The translations under genes and the position numbers were made by a program. Below are positions 28,494-38,904 of a stretch of DNA of 60,800 nucleotides, one piece after another. Below the pieces are notes generated by a model, which searched no databases, was not told the DNA's origin, and was given only the letters and a program-made list of their open reading frames with translations. Position 1 is the first letter of the stretch. Each line of letters opens with the position of its first letter. Origin of the DNA: a virus (Duplodnaviria > Caudoviricetes); IMG/VR virus record IMGVR_UViG_3300038400_000021, positions 1 through 60,800 of that record. The stretch is one strand, 5' to 3'.

Positions 28494-30213
28494 GTCCGAT
28501 GCTCGGGTCCAGTTCGTCGCCCTCGTCGTGCGCGCGCTGCTGACGGGCCATGCGCTGGTCGAGGTCCTGCTCGGCGCGCTCGGCCTCAGCCAAGAGCGCA
28601 GCGCGTGAGCCGACGGGTGGCCTGTCGCGCTCTGGCCGGTTCGTGTAGTGCGTCAGGTGGCGGAAGGCATACAGGCCAGCATCCGAGCAGTGGTTGCCGT
28701 GGATCTTTCCGTCGCTCGCCCGTCGCCCCGCATCGTCCTTGAGCGGCTTGCCGGGCTTCGTGGGCAGGTAGACCAGGTGCTTGTGCTCGACGAGCAGCGG
28801 CGAGTTCTCGCGGTACCGCACGCGGCCCTTGCGGATGTCGCCGGCCATGAGCGCTTGCCACGTCTGCTTGCTGCTCTTGTCCGCCTCGTCGATCGGCAGC
28901 CCGATGCGCTCGCGCCATCCGGCGAGTTGCGCCGCGACCTGCCCGGCGGGGTCGCCGACGAGCACCACGACGTTGTCCAGGCCCTCGTAAAGCGCCTTGA
29001 GGTAGTCGCGCTGGTCGTCGGGCACGACCTTGTGCTCCTTCCAGCTGAAGACCTCGTAGATCTCGGGCCGGTCGGGCGCGTGGGTGAACGCCCAGACGCA
29101 GAGCGCGAACGGGTCTTGTGCGTACCCGAAGTCGGCGCCGATCGCGTAGAGCCAGTCGTACGGCCGTCGACCGCGCGGCGGCATCGGCAGGTCAGCCAGC
29201 GCGGCGTGCAAGTCTACCCACTTCGGATGCTCGAGGTTGATCGGGTTCTCGGTGAGCCGCTGCGGCGCGTAGCAGAGCTTGACGGTCGGCGGCACCGCGT
29301 GGACCGGGTAGACGTAGCGCGCGTCGCTCTTGACCCACTTGCCGAGCCACTCGCGGACGAACTCGGGCTCGAGGCCAGTCCAGCCGTTCTCGGTCATCGC
29401 CTCCCCGGCCGTGCATGCGAAGCGCTCCTCGGGCGTCGACCCGAACCACGGGTTGTCGATCACCGACCAGCGGTGGACTTCCCAGTTCGGCAACGGCGTG
29501 TCACCGCTCTCCGGCTCGGGCGTGCAGTCGTAGAAGTACCCGGCCGCGTCCTCGCTCGGCGATCCGGTCAGCTTGAGCTTGCCGCTCTTGCGCGCGCCGG
29601 GCGTGTTGTTGTGCTTGCGCTTGTCCTTGAGGCACGCCTGGGCAACCTGCAGGATGAACGCGCGCAGGTGCCGCATCTTCTGCGCCTCGTCGACCCAGAT
29701 CTCGTCCTTGGTCTGGCCGCGCAGCTTGCCGATTGACTGCTCGTCGTCAGCCCCGAATAGCGCGATCTGTGAGCCGTTGGAGAAGTTGATCTCGAGCGTC
29801 GTGTCGTTGGTCCGCGCGACCACGTTGCCCAGCTTCCAGCCGTCGCCCGTCGCCGTGCCGTGGTTGGCGATCAGGTCACAGAAGCCCTGGCCCATGTCGT
29901 TTCGCCACACGATCTTGCGCGCCTCGGGCTTGGTCTCGTTGACGTACACGCCGCGCCAGCCAGGGACCTCGAGGGCGAGCGCCAGCCACTCGTGCACACC
30001 GCCATCGCTCTTGCCCGCGCGCCGGGTGCACAGCGCTGCAGCCTGGAGCGCCTCGGTCTGCCAGAACGCGCGCTGCTTGGGGTGCTGCGCGAACCGCGCG
30101 CGCAAGGTCTCGCAGAGAACCGCCGTGGCGTCCGGCTCCGAGCTCGCAACCTCGACCGGACGCAGCTTCGCGAGCCGGCTCAGGGTCGTCAGGACACTCG
30201 GGGAGAGGTGCAT
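28459..30213 (-). CDS. terL: Terminase large subunit
   Basis: Walker A TRRAGKS, Walker B IWVDEAQ, TGSP, nuclease AIGADFG and NHCSDA. Confidence 0.92.
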   Translation of the reverse strand: MHLSPSVLTTLSRLAKLRPVEVASSEPDATAVLCETLRARFAQHPKQRAFWQTEALQAAALCTRRAGKSDGGVHEWLALALEVPGWRGVYVNETKPEARKIVWRNDMGQGFCDLIANHGTATGDGWKLGNVVARTNDTTLEINFSNGSQIALFGADDEQSIGKLRGQTKDEIWVDEAQKMRHLRAFILQVAQACLKDKRKHNNTPGARKSGKLKLTGSPSEDAAGYFYDCTPEPESGDTPLPNWEVHRWSVIDNPWFGSTPEERFACTAGEAMTENGWTGLEPEFVREWLGKWVKSDARYVYPVHAVPPTVKLCYAPQRLTENPINLEHPKWVDLHAALADLPMPPRGRRPYDWLYAIGADFGYAQDPFALCVWAFTHAPDRPEIYEVFSWKEHKVVPDDQRDYLKALYEGLDNVVVLVGDPAGQVAAQLAGWRERIGLPIDEADKSSKQTWQALMAGDIRKGRVRYRENSPLLVEHKHLVYLPTKPGKPLKDDAGRRASDGKIHGNHCSDAGLYAFRHLTHYTNRPERDRPPVGSRAALLAEAERAEQDLDQRMARQQRAHDEGDELDPSIGHGGVFNAYDYQ

Positions 30214-30215
30214 GG

Positions 30216-30290
30216 TCAGCGCTTTCGAGCGGACCACATACCGATCAACGTCAGCGCGGCGCCGATCCACATGAAGGCGACATCTCTCAC
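30216..30290 (-). CDS. 24-aa single-TM peptide MRDVAFMWIGAALTLIGMWSARKR
   Basis: GTGA overlap; fills the gap before terL. Confidence 0.45.
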   Translation of the reverse strand: MRDVAFMWIGAALTLIGMWSARKR

Positions 30291-30942
30291 CTCGCCACCT
30301 TCCTCGGCGCCGTGGCCCGCTCCAGCTCCTCGTCACTCAGCACCGGCGCTGCCTTCGCGCCCATCGGCTCGCTGTCGTACTTCACAAGCTGGTCGACCGC
30401 GTCCTCGCCCTCCCACTGGCAGATCGCGTCCTTGATGGGCCCGTAGATGCGACGCGGGCCGGTCACCAGACGGTGCGCAGCGGCCAGCCCAGGTTCCCAG
30501 CCGGGCGGACTGACGAGGAAGACAGCGGCGCCACGCACGCGCACGGACCAGCCGAGCATCGCGGCTGGCGGCTTGTCGCACACGACGTTGCCCAGCTGGC
30601 CCAGGATGGGGAGCATGGGCAGGTGGATGGAGTGGAGCTTCACTTCAGATCCATCTTGTCCGCGAGCGTGCGAAGCTCCGCCGCGAGTTTGACGCGCGCA
30701 ACCTTGCACGTCTCGCTGAGCAGGCTCAACGCGGTGGCGTCATCGTCGAGTTCGTCATGCTCGAAGAACACGCGATGCACCGGGCGCTCGACGGTGATGC
30801 GCATCTCGTACCCATCCCTCTCAGGATGCGGCAGGATGCAGACACCGAGATACTGCAGCCCCACGAGTTGAACGCCGGTGCCCTGGGCCATCTCTCGCGC
30901 GGCGTTGGAAAGCTTACTCAACCGGTCAGCATTGCAGCTCAT
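30287..30942 (-). CDS. Two hypothetical genes (30287-30643, 30640-30942)
   Basis: Coupled stop/start overlaps. Confidence 0.55.
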
Positions 30943-31457
30943 TCGACCCACTCTTTCAGCGGCACATACGCCGCAGTTACGCCGCGCCTTGCGAGCCACG
31001 GCACGATCCATTCGTCGGAGCGTCGTGCCCCGCGATGCGTGTAGACGAGCTTGGACTTGAGGCCGGCCGCATCGACGAGCGCGCGCATCACACCGCGGCG
31101 GCGCAGGTGCTCGCCCGACCCGATCCGCCAGCGCGTGTGCGCCCAGTGCACCGTGTCCACGCGTCGCCCGTGGACCAGCGCGAGCCAGCCAGCGATCAGT
31201 CCTTCGTGGTCGGCCACCAAGAGCCTCGTGTCGTCGCGATCGAGCACAGCCTGCAGGCGCGGCCGCTCGGTCCGCTTGTAGTCGGGCCAGCGCATGTCGT
31301 CAAGCCTGCGCGTCGAGACCTTGTGACCCTCGGACCAGGACCCGAGCACATAGCCCATCTCGGTCGGGTCGTCGCGGTGCGCGGCGCGGATGCGGACGGC
31401 GAGCGGTGCGGTGCCGGACAGGCGATCGGGCGTGACGTGGTGGGACTCGGAGATCAC
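30939..31457 (-). CDS. GNAT-family acetyltransferase-like protein
   Basis: VRIRAA, IAGW, RRRGVMRALV acetyl-CoA-binding motif. Confidence 0.6.
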   Translation of the reverse strand: MISESHHVTPDRLSGTAPLAVRIRAAHRDDPTEMGYVLGSWSEGHKVSTRRLDDMRWPDYKRTERPRLQAVLDRDDTRLLVADHEGLIAGWLALVHGRRVDTVHWAHTRWRIGSGEHLRRRGVMRALVDAAGLKSKLVYTHRGARRSDEWIVPWLARRGVTAAYVPLKEWVE

Positions 31458-33053
31458 CCGACTACCTCGAGGTCGCAAATGTGCTCGCACACACCGAGCC
31501 GCTGCCCTCGCTTGCCCCATGGCGGGTTCGGTCCGAGGTACCGCACCAGCGCACCACCGCTGATCACCTCGATGACCTGAGCACGCGAGTCGTCGCCGGT
31601 GCGGTACTTCACGCGCACGATGTCGCCGACGCGTGGCCTCGTCGCCCTCACCTCGTCACCGCCTCCAGGAACTGCCGCAGCGCCTCGTCCTTGCGCTTCT
31701 GCGCCGCCTTGAGCGCGGTCTCGGCCGTCTGCAGCAGCTTGTACGCGCGTGCGGCATCGCCCGTGAGCGTGACGCTGGGCCCGGCCACGATCGGGCGCAC
31801 GTTCGAGGACGGGTCGTCGTCCACGGGCTCCACCGGTGCAGGTCCGTCGCCCTCCTCGCAATCGCACGCGAGCGGCTGCTTGAGCTGCGACTCGTCGAGG
31901 TGGCCGTAGAGCGTGAGCGCGCAGTCGGGGGCGTGCATCAGGTGGACTCCTGAGCTTGGCGTCGCGCAATCGGACTACGCATCCACGCCTGCTGCGCCAC
32001 GGTCAGTTCGAGTCGCCGCAGCTCGTGCCGCCCGAACGCCACGCCCAGCGACTCGAAGCAGCGCTGCCAGTCGAGGCCGAGGCGATGCACGGGGACAGCG
32101 GGCAGACCGACTGAGCCCGCGAGCACGCCCATGTGCGCCCAGAACGCGCCGTCGGTGTGCGGCATGCGGGTGCGCGAGAAGGAGCGGGGCGCGCGAGAGA
32201 AGTCGAAGGCGCTCACTCGACTACCGCCTTCGCAAGCGCCAACACCTTGCCAATTCGGCACTCGGCTGCTCGCAGATTCGGTGAGTGTTCCTCCTTGATC
32301 CAACGCTTCGCGTCGACGTGCAGCTTCACCAGCTCACCGCGCATCCTTCGCAGAGCGAACAGTTCCTCGCCGATCTCATCGGGAACGTCGAACTCCGCTG
32401 GTCCCTGCGCGATCTTCACCCCGTCACCATCCCCGGCTCGATGCCGATCGCGCAGGTCGAGCCGGCCCAGGGCGAGGAGCGACCACACGTGTGCCGACCA
32501 CACGACTTACACCCGAAGTCCTCGTCCGCCGTGCAGAACGCCTCGTCCGGAACATCGCTCACCGGCACGCGCAGCTCGAACGCCCCGTGCACCGGGCATC
32601 GGTAGCTATGCGGCACCAGCTTGTGGGTGTCGCCACGCTCGCGGATGCCCCAGGTCTTGCCGCGCGGCACGACCGACGAGGAGCCGACGGACTCGCCGGG
32701 GACGACGAAGATCGGCGGGCGCTCGACGGGCTTGGACTCCCAGCGGAGGCGGGGTGGAGGGCGGCTCACTTGGTCTCCGTGCGGTCGAGTCCGAACACGA
32801 TCGGCGGTGGCCGCGACGCCAGCTCCTCGAGTGAGCCGATCGGGTGTGGGCCGTAGGTCTCATCGAGCGCCGCGCCAGACAACAGCGCCATGTTTCCGGT
32901 CGCGGTGCCGTACGGCTGCAGGAACTGCCACTTCGAGTAGGTCAGCGACTGGACCGCGTTCGCGAGTTGCTCGATGCGCGCGGAGTCCCACTCCAAACTG
33001 CAGAGGTCGAGCACATGTGCGATGGCCTGGTCGAGTTTCTCGGCGATGTTCAC
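31454..33053 (-). CDS. Six small coupled genes (31454-31651 KOW/SH3-like, 31648-31938, 31938-32216, 32213-32419, 32416-32769 FmdB-like zinc ribbon, 32766-33053)
   Basis: Stop/start overlaps; YRCPVHG.FE motif in 32416-32769. Confidence 0.55.
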
Positions 33054-33547
33054 TGTTCGGTCTCCGTGGTCTTGGGTGCAGCGATCGCGTTCGACTGGTT
33101 CGCTTCCCACAGCTGGATCGCGTACGCGCGCTCCGCCGGCGAGAAGCTGGCCAGCGCCCGGTCGAGCTCGGCGCGGAACTGCGCCTGCAGCTGCTCGGGT
33201 GTCGGCTCGTCGCCCTTGAGCCGCGCGCGCTCGCGTTGCTCCTTGAGCAGGCCGAGAAGCGCGGCTTGGTAGTAGCGAAACGCCTCGAGAAACTCCGGCG
33301 AGGGCAGCGGCTGCTCGTCGATCGGGTTGCCCGCCTCGGTGTTCAGGCGCGCGGTCCGCGTCAGCCAGTAGTTGAGCCGCTTGCCGATGCGCCTGCAGAT
33401 CGACTCGAGCTGCTTGGACTGCAGCGTCAGGTCGTGCGTACCGACCACGACGCTGTCGAGCGAGATCGAGGGCAGCGCAGGAATCCCATCCTTGGGGCGC
33501 CCTGGGCCAATCGTCACGCCGGGATTGCGTTCTGCCAGCGCTTCCAT
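33050..33547 (-). CDS. Putative terminase small subunit
   Basis: Helical 165-aa first gene after a non-coding gap, upstream of terL; GRPK motif; positional inference. Confidence 0.4.
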   Translation of the reverse strand: MEALAERNPGVTIGPGRPKDGIPALPSISLDSVVVGTHDLTLQSKQLESICRRIGKRLNYWLTRTARLNTEAGNPIDEQPLPSPEFLEAFRYYQAALLGLLKEQRERARLKGDEPTPEQLQAQFRAELDRALASFSPAERAYAIQLWEANQSNAIAAPKTTETEQ

Positions 33548-33768
33548 CTGCTCGCGGCCCTTGCTTGCGCCATTACAAGGGGGCGTAGCACGAAATGACC
33601 ATACGTGACCATACGGACATTTATGTCATAGCGCCAACCATGCGTCTTCACATGCTCGCCAGCGTCATGGACCGATACTATCGGCCACCATGTACGTAGA
33701 GACTTGCTCCCACCGTCTCCCACCTGCTCATCTCTCAGGGTCTGCTCGACCCCCTCTGCCGCCCGTGC

Positions 33769-34188
33769 TCAGCGACCGGAAGGAGCGCTCTTCCAGCTCT
33801 TTCGCCACGGGATGACTCGGCACGGCTTGTCCCTCGCTACCATGCGCGCGCACATGTCCGCGGAGCCACCGCTCTCACCGTCCCAGAAGATCAGCGCCGC
33901 GCACGCTCGCTCCGCCATCCTGCGGTTGCGCACCTTCGGCGCCACGTAGCGCCCGTGATGCGTGTAGTCCTCGTCGGTGACAGGATCCTCGTGCACGTAC
34001 AGTCCTCGACGTAGCGCCCATGCTCGGCCAGCGAGGTCCGCACCTCGAGCCATCCCGCACACGACTTCCTCCCACTCGTCTGGGTTCCACAGCAACCTGC
34101 TCGGGTCGATCGCACGAATCGCCTCGTCGATCTCGTCCGGCGACGGGCTCACCGACCGCGACCCTGCAATGATCACCGACGTGATCAC
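33769..34188 (-). CDS. SLOG family (DUF2493/YspA-like) protein
   Basis: IIAGSR, VVCGMARGAD, RNRRMA, FWDGESGGS motifs. Confidence 0.85.
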   Translation of the reverse strand: MITSVIIAGSRSVSPSPDEIDEAIRAIDPSRLLWNPDEWEEVVCGMARGADLAGRAWALRRGLYVHEDPVTDEDYTHHGRYVAPKVRNRRMAERACAALIFWDGESGGSADMCARMVARDKPCRVIPWRKSWKSAPSGR

Positions 34189-34299
34189 GCGGGCCAGCCT
34201 TGTCTCCGAACGCTTCGCTCCGCTCGCTCCAAGTGTTCCAGTCATTGGCACTCTGATTGACCACCTGCAACGTGGTGCGTAGTCTCACTCAGCCGCCTC

Positions 34300-34334
34300 T
34301 TCACAGCGCGCTCGCCTCGGCCGATACTGGGTAC
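34300..34334 (+). promoter_or_regulatory. Leaderless promoter TTCACA-17-GATACT-6-ATG
   Basis: Exact geometry. Confidence 0.6.
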
Positions 34335-34586
34335 ATGACCGACATCAACACCGTCCGCCTCGTCAATGGCCGCAAGGTTGCCTCGTTCACCACCGTGCGC
34401 GGCACTGGCGCCTGCACCGCCGTCGTGGGCCGTGCGGTCCAGACCATGACGCTGGCGGCTGGCCGTGATCGCATCGCGGCGCTCCTCTCGGACGGCTGGC
34501 GGGTCACCGACGACGAGCCCCAGGTTGCCGCGGTCGAGCCGGCCTCGCTCTGCCAGTGGCCGCAGGGTGACGCGCTATCGCGGTAG
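34335..34586 (+). CDS. Hypothetical protein (antisense islet)
   Basis: Own promoter; GC-rich third codon positions. Confidence 0.6.
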   Translation: MTDINTVRLVNGRKVASFTTVRGTGACTAVVGRAVQTMTLAAGRDRIAALLSDGWRVTDDEPQVAAVEPASLCQWPQGDALSR

Positions 34587-34587
34587 C

Positions 34588-34767
34588 TCACGTCCACCCT
34601 CGCGGCCGCTTCCACCGCCACGCCACGCTCCACCTGTCGCAGCGCGCGCATCGCAGTACGTGCAGGTTCGCGTCGTTGCACTCGACCTCACGGTAGCTGT
34701 GCCCGCTGACCAGCGCGAGCGATCGCAGAGATGGCCAGATGGCGGCGAGCCAGCAGAGCAGCGTCAC
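34588..34767 (-). CDS. Hypothetical 59-aa protein (GH..Y...LRCARC)
   Basis: Fills the gap between two plus-strand islets. Confidence 0.4.
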   Translation of the reverse strand: MTLLCWLAAIWPSLRSLALVSGHSYREVECNDANLHVLRCARCDRWSVAWRWKRPRGWT

Positions 34768-34818
34768 GTGTCACCTCGCGTATTTGCACCGCGGTCTCGA
34801 ATCTCACGCAGCGGCCCA

Positions 34819-34853
34819 TTGCGCTTGTTTGATTCTGTGGCTACAGTCTGGAC
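34819..34853 (+). promoter_or_regulatory. Leaderless promoter TTGCGC-17-TACAGT-6-ATG
   Basis: Exact geometry. Confidence 0.65.
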
Positions 34854-35189
34854 ATGACGAACTCGACGAACGGACTCGCGACGACCTACCCCTACGAGCA
34901 CAGCCCTGAGGTTGCTCGTAACCAGTGCCTCGAGTGCGGCGCATGGGAGCGCAGTGACAAGGCCGGCGGGCAGCTTCGCCACAGCAAGCGCTGTGACTCT
35001 AAGCCGCAGCCCGCCTGCGCCGTTGCGGCTGTCGAGCAGCGTGCTGCCGAGGCCCGCTACGCCGACCTCCGCACCTTCGCCCGCCAAGTCCGCAAGACGG
35101 GCATGACCAATGGTCGCGACCAGGACGTGCTCGACGCGGTCCGTGCCGGACTGCTCAGCGAGTCCGACGCGATGAACACGGACGACTAA
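34854..35189 (+). CDS. Zn-finger-like protein (CLECG...HSKRC)
   Basis: CxxC..H...C pattern. Confidence 0.65.
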   Translation: MTNSTNGLATTYPYEHSPEVARNQCLECGAWERSDKAGGQLRHSKRCDSKPQPACAVAAVEQRAAEARYADLRTFARQVRKTGMTNGRDQDVLDAVRAGLLSESDAMNTDD

Positions 35190-35213
35190 CCCGAACCATG
35201 AGGGGTTCCGACC

Positions 35214-35426
35214 ATGACCAAGCTCACCGCCGACACGATCACCGATGACCAGATCCGGGAAGTCCAGGCCCACGCGCTCGAGATCGAGGACGCCAAGACC
35301 GAGGATCTCTGCCGCCACGCTCTCGGAATCACCCCGACGATCGCGTGGAATTTCTCCTCGTACGGCGCACGTGCGCGAATCGCCGAGGAGATTAACGACC
35401 AGCGCGCAGTTTGGGGCCGCCAGTGA
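35214..35426 (+). CDS. Hypothetical protein
   Basis: GAGGGG RBS, clean ORF. Confidence 0.65.
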   Translation: MTKLTADTITDDQIREVQAHALEIEDAKTEDLCRHALGITPTIAWNFSSYGARARIAEEINDQRAVWGRQ

Positions 35427-35602
35427 CCAGAGGCGGCCCCCGTCCCAACGCCGGCGCCAAGCCCCAGGCCGACACACCACGTTCCCATGTGCTGCGCTTC
35501 CGGGTCGCCGAGTCCGAGCTCGCGGAGATCTCCGCTGCGGTCCAGGAGGGCGAACTGAGTGACCTGTGTCGAGAGTTGTTGCTCGCGCACGTGCGCCGCT
35601 GA
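35423..35602 (+). CDS. Ribbon-helix-helix DNA-binding protein
   Basis: RGGPRPNAGAKP...VLRFRV..SE....LSDLCRELL. Confidence 0.65.
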   Translation: MTRGGPRPNAGAKPQADTPRSHVLRFRVAESELAEISAAVQEGELSDLCRELLLAHVRR

Positions 35603-35605
35603 TCA

Positions 35606-36134
35606 TCACCTGACGAGCCTCCTTGCCCGCCACAGCGCGCTCTGGTCCTCGCTGGTCATGTAGCCGCCCTGGCGGTCCAGCACGTCCACGAGCGAGCGTA
35701 TCGCCTCGTGCAGGGCGCCAGCGCGTGCCGGGTCGAACTGGTCTGGCGTGTGCGGCTGGACAACCACTGCGCGGGCCGCGCCCATCTCGGCGAGTCGCGC
35801 GTCATGCTCACGGCAGCTCGGGCATGAGCAGACGTTCACGACCTCACCGCCCTGCTCGCCACCTGCATCTCGTACACCTCGAGTAGCGCCCTTGGGACAC
35901 CGCCCAGCCATCGCGACCACCGCGGCTCCGCGCCGAACCTGACCTCGAACGTCATCGGACTAACCTCGCGCTCGGTGTGAAGAACTCACGCAACTTGACC
36001 ATCTTCTGCATGCACTTGATGCGCGCGCCGAGCGGGGCGTCGATTCCGTGCCACAGAAGCGTCTGCCACTCGATGCACTCACCGTGCAGACCGCGTCGCC
36101 ACCACCACAGCCGGACCTTGTCGAATGCACTCAT
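35606..36134 (-). CDS. Three small coupled genes (35606-35839, 35836-35955, 35952-36134)
   Basis: Stop/start overlaps. Confidence 0.5.
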
Positions 36135-36553
36135 GCCAGTTCCTCCACGAGAACATGCGTCACGTCCACCGGGGCCCGTTGCTGGAGCACATGCAACTCC
36201 AGCCACGCCGGCTTGTCGTCGTGCAGCGCCCCCTCTTGCACGAGAGCGTCCACCAGCATCTTCACGCCACCGAGCAGGTTGTCGCGATCCATCTCGCGGC
36301 ACCGCCCGGAGTAGCGGCGGGTAATTGTCACGCGGCGCTTCCCTGTGGCCTCGAGCACCGAGCGGTCAAAGGCCGCGGCTGCCCTGATCAGCAGGCACCA
36401 CTCGCCGCGCTCCTTGGCGTAGCGCCACCTCGATGCGCCAGCGTTGACCGTGCGGAGATTGGCGCTCGAGACGCGCTTGGGAAGCGACAGCCCCCATCTT
36501 CGTCCGACGGCTTGGTCGGCCGAGAAGCCACACATCGGACAGGCGTCACCCAC
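36131..36553 (-). CDS. rusA: RusA-like Holliday junction resolvase
   Basis: DRDNLLGGVKMLVDAL...LHDD. Confidence 0.8.
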   Translation of the reverse strand: MGDACPMCGFSADQAVGRRWGLSLPKRVSSANLRTVNAGASRWRYAKERGEWCLLIRAAAAFDRSVLEATGKRRVTITRRYSGRCREMDRDNLLGGVKMLVDALVQEGALHDDKPAWLELHVLQQRAPVDVTHVLVEELA

Positions 36554-37558
36554 GCAGTACCTCTTCCGCGTAATCGCTCAGCGACAGGTCGCCTCGCTGC
36601 ACCGCATTCACCGCCCGGTCCGCGGTCGCCATCGCTCGCACCGCTCGAGCGCCATCGTCGACGTGGCCGGATGGATTCCCCGTCGACTGGTGCCATGACG
36701 CGCCGAACACGGCGAGCCAAAGGGCGCGCTCGCCGGGGGTCATCGTCCACCTCGCTTGTGCATCGACCCGCCGCCGATGCCGCGCTGAAAGTTGCCCTCA
36801 CCGAGTCCTGGTTTGCTACCGCCGAACAAGTGGTCCCGCTCCGGTACGCGATCGTTGCGGCACGGCGCGCACACGACGACCATCGCGTCATTGCGACCGA
36901 GTGGTTCACGATGCGGCTCGCCCTCGATGTCGGCGCAGCAGATCGCACAGAACGCGCTCACTTCTTCCTCGCTTTCCTGTTCAACTGCCGCCGGATCGCG
37001 GCCTCGATGACATCAGGTCGCGCCACGTACTCAAATGCCAGCTGCGCGATCGACTTTCCCTCGCAGAACAGCCGGGCGATCACGTCGGAGCTGGGCGTCA
37101 CATCGCACCTGTCTTCCTGAGCAACGTCAGGTAGCTCAGCTCCAGCGCCTCGTCGCGCCGATCCTCCTCGCGGATCCTGCGCAGTTCATCGGCCGCGTCG
37201 CGTGCAGCATCACGCTCGGCGATGCGACGGTTCATTTCTTCTGCGGTGATGGTCACAACCCACCTCGCTTGCTGAGCAGTGCCGGGACGCCCGGGTACAG
37301 CTTCGCGAACTGGTGCCGTGCCGCACTTTCGCTGCACCCGAACCGACGAGCAGCGAAGGCCAGCGATCGGCCACGCTCCATGGCAAACCGTGCCGCCTTG
37401 GCGCCGGTGCCGCGTTCGACTTGCAGCGGACCGCGAGGTCGGTTGCTGGCCTCGAGTCGGAGACGTTCGGCCTCGAGATCAGCAGCGCGAGTGCGCGCGA
37501 CGAGGTCGGCGACCTGCTCGGGTGTCATGGGTTGCGGCGTGAGGAGAGGGTGGGTCAT
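36546..37558 (-). CDS. Five small coupled genes (36546-36743, 36740-36961 CxxC, 36958-37101 HTH-like, 37098-37256, 37253-37558 HTH)
   Basis: Overlaps; SLAFAARRFGCSESAAR HTH. Confidence 0.55.
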
Positions 37559-38904
37559 GAGATGCACGTCGTCTCGCCTTTCCAATGGGCGAAGATCGCC
37601 CCGGTTCTGCCGTTGGAGTTCTTCATCACGATGAGCTGGGCCGTCGCCTCGAACTCGTCGCGGTCTGGTTCGTGTCTGTGGCCTTCCCAGTCGGGATGCC
37701 AGTCGATGCCCTTCACGGGGTCGCCGTACATCGAGCCGCGGTAGATCGCGACAGCGCATTTCGCGCGCTCCTCGAGCGAGCCGCTCTCACGCAGGTCGGA
37801 GAGCTGTGGTCGCTTATCCTGGCGACGCTCGAGCTCGCGATTGAGCTGCGACATGACGACGTATGCGATCCCGTCGTGCTTCGCGGCGTCAGCGAACGTG
37901 GTCACGATCTCGCTCAGCGCCTCGTGAGTCGACAGCCTTGGCCGGCGATCGGGATGCTTGACGAGTTGCACGTAGTCGACGATCGCGACCTTCGTGTCGT
38001 TCGACTTACGGTGCCGGCGAACGCTGCGCACGATCTCCTCCGCGCTGATTCCACTACGACCGTCGACGAGCCAGCGCCGGCCACGCGCCTTCGCCGCTGC
38101 ACGCACGATGCTGTCGTAGTCGCCACGGGTCAGCTCCGCGTTTCGCAATCGCTCGGCATGCACGTCGCTTCCTCTCGAGATCGTCCGGTCCGCGTAGGCC
38201 TCTTCGGTATCCTCGAGCGAGAACAGGTGCACGCCGAACCCAGCGGCCGACGAGGCATCCGCAGTCGCCAGGCCAAGGCTCGACTTGCCCATACCAGGAC
38301 GTGCCGCGACGATGCTCACAATGCCCGGCTGCCAACCGCCCATCTTCTCGTCGAGCTTCGCGACGCCGGTCGGGAACCCGGTCATCGTGCGCACCCCAGT
38401 CCGCCGCTCCTCCGCGATCTGCTCGAGCTGCTTGAACCGCCGGCGCATCAGCTCAGCGATCGCGACCGTCTTGTCCGGCTGGTCCTCGTCTATGCGCGAC
38501 AGCATCGCCATCGTCATCGAGAGCAGCTCCGAGCCGTCAAGGCCCTCGGACTTCTCGATGACCTCGGACAGCGACACGACCACACGTTGCGCGAGCGCTG
38601 CCTCGCGGATCTGGCGCACGTACTCGACCGCGTTCTCGACCGTAGGGACCTTTAGCGCGAGCTCACCGAGGAATGCGAAATCGACGGTGTCTCCGTATCC
38701 ATGCTTTGCCAGCTGGGCCTGCACGGTGACGACGTCGATCGGCCGGTTCTCGTGCTCGAGGTTGCGCATCGCGCCGAACACGAGCCGGTGGGCCGGGTGC
38801 GTGAAGTCCGCGACCTCGAGCCGAGGGAACTGCGCGAGCGTCGACGGCTCGAGCAGGATCGCTCCGAGGACAGAGGCTTCGAGGTGTGGGTAGTTTCTGG
38901 TCAC
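37555..38904 (-). CDS. dnaB: Replicative DNA helicase
   Basis: AARPGMGKS, FSLE, VDYVQL, SQLNR, SDLRESGSLE motifs plus DnaB N-terminal domain. Confidence 0.95.
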   Translation of the reverse strand: MTRNYPHLEASVLGAILLEPSTLAQFPRLEVADFTHPAHRLVFGAMRNLEHENRPIDVVTVQAQLAKHGYGDTVDFAFLGELALKVPTVENAVEYVRQIREAALAQRVVVSLSEVIEKSEGLDGSELLSMTMAMLSRIDEDQPDKTVAIAELMRRRFKQLEQIAEERRTGVRTMTGFPTGVAKLDEKMGGWQPGIVSIVAARPGMGKSSLGLATADASSAAGFGVHLFSLEDTEEAYADRTISRGSDVHAERLRNAELTRGDYDSIVRAAAKARGRRWLVDGRSGISAEEIVRSVRRHRKSNDTKVAIVDYVQLVKHPDRRPRLSTHEALSEIVTTFADAAKHDGIAYVVMSQLNRELERRQDKRPQLSDLRESGSLEERAKCAVAIYRGSMYGDPVKGIDWHPDWEGHRHEPDRDEFEATAQLIVMKNSNGRTGAIFAHWKGETTCIS

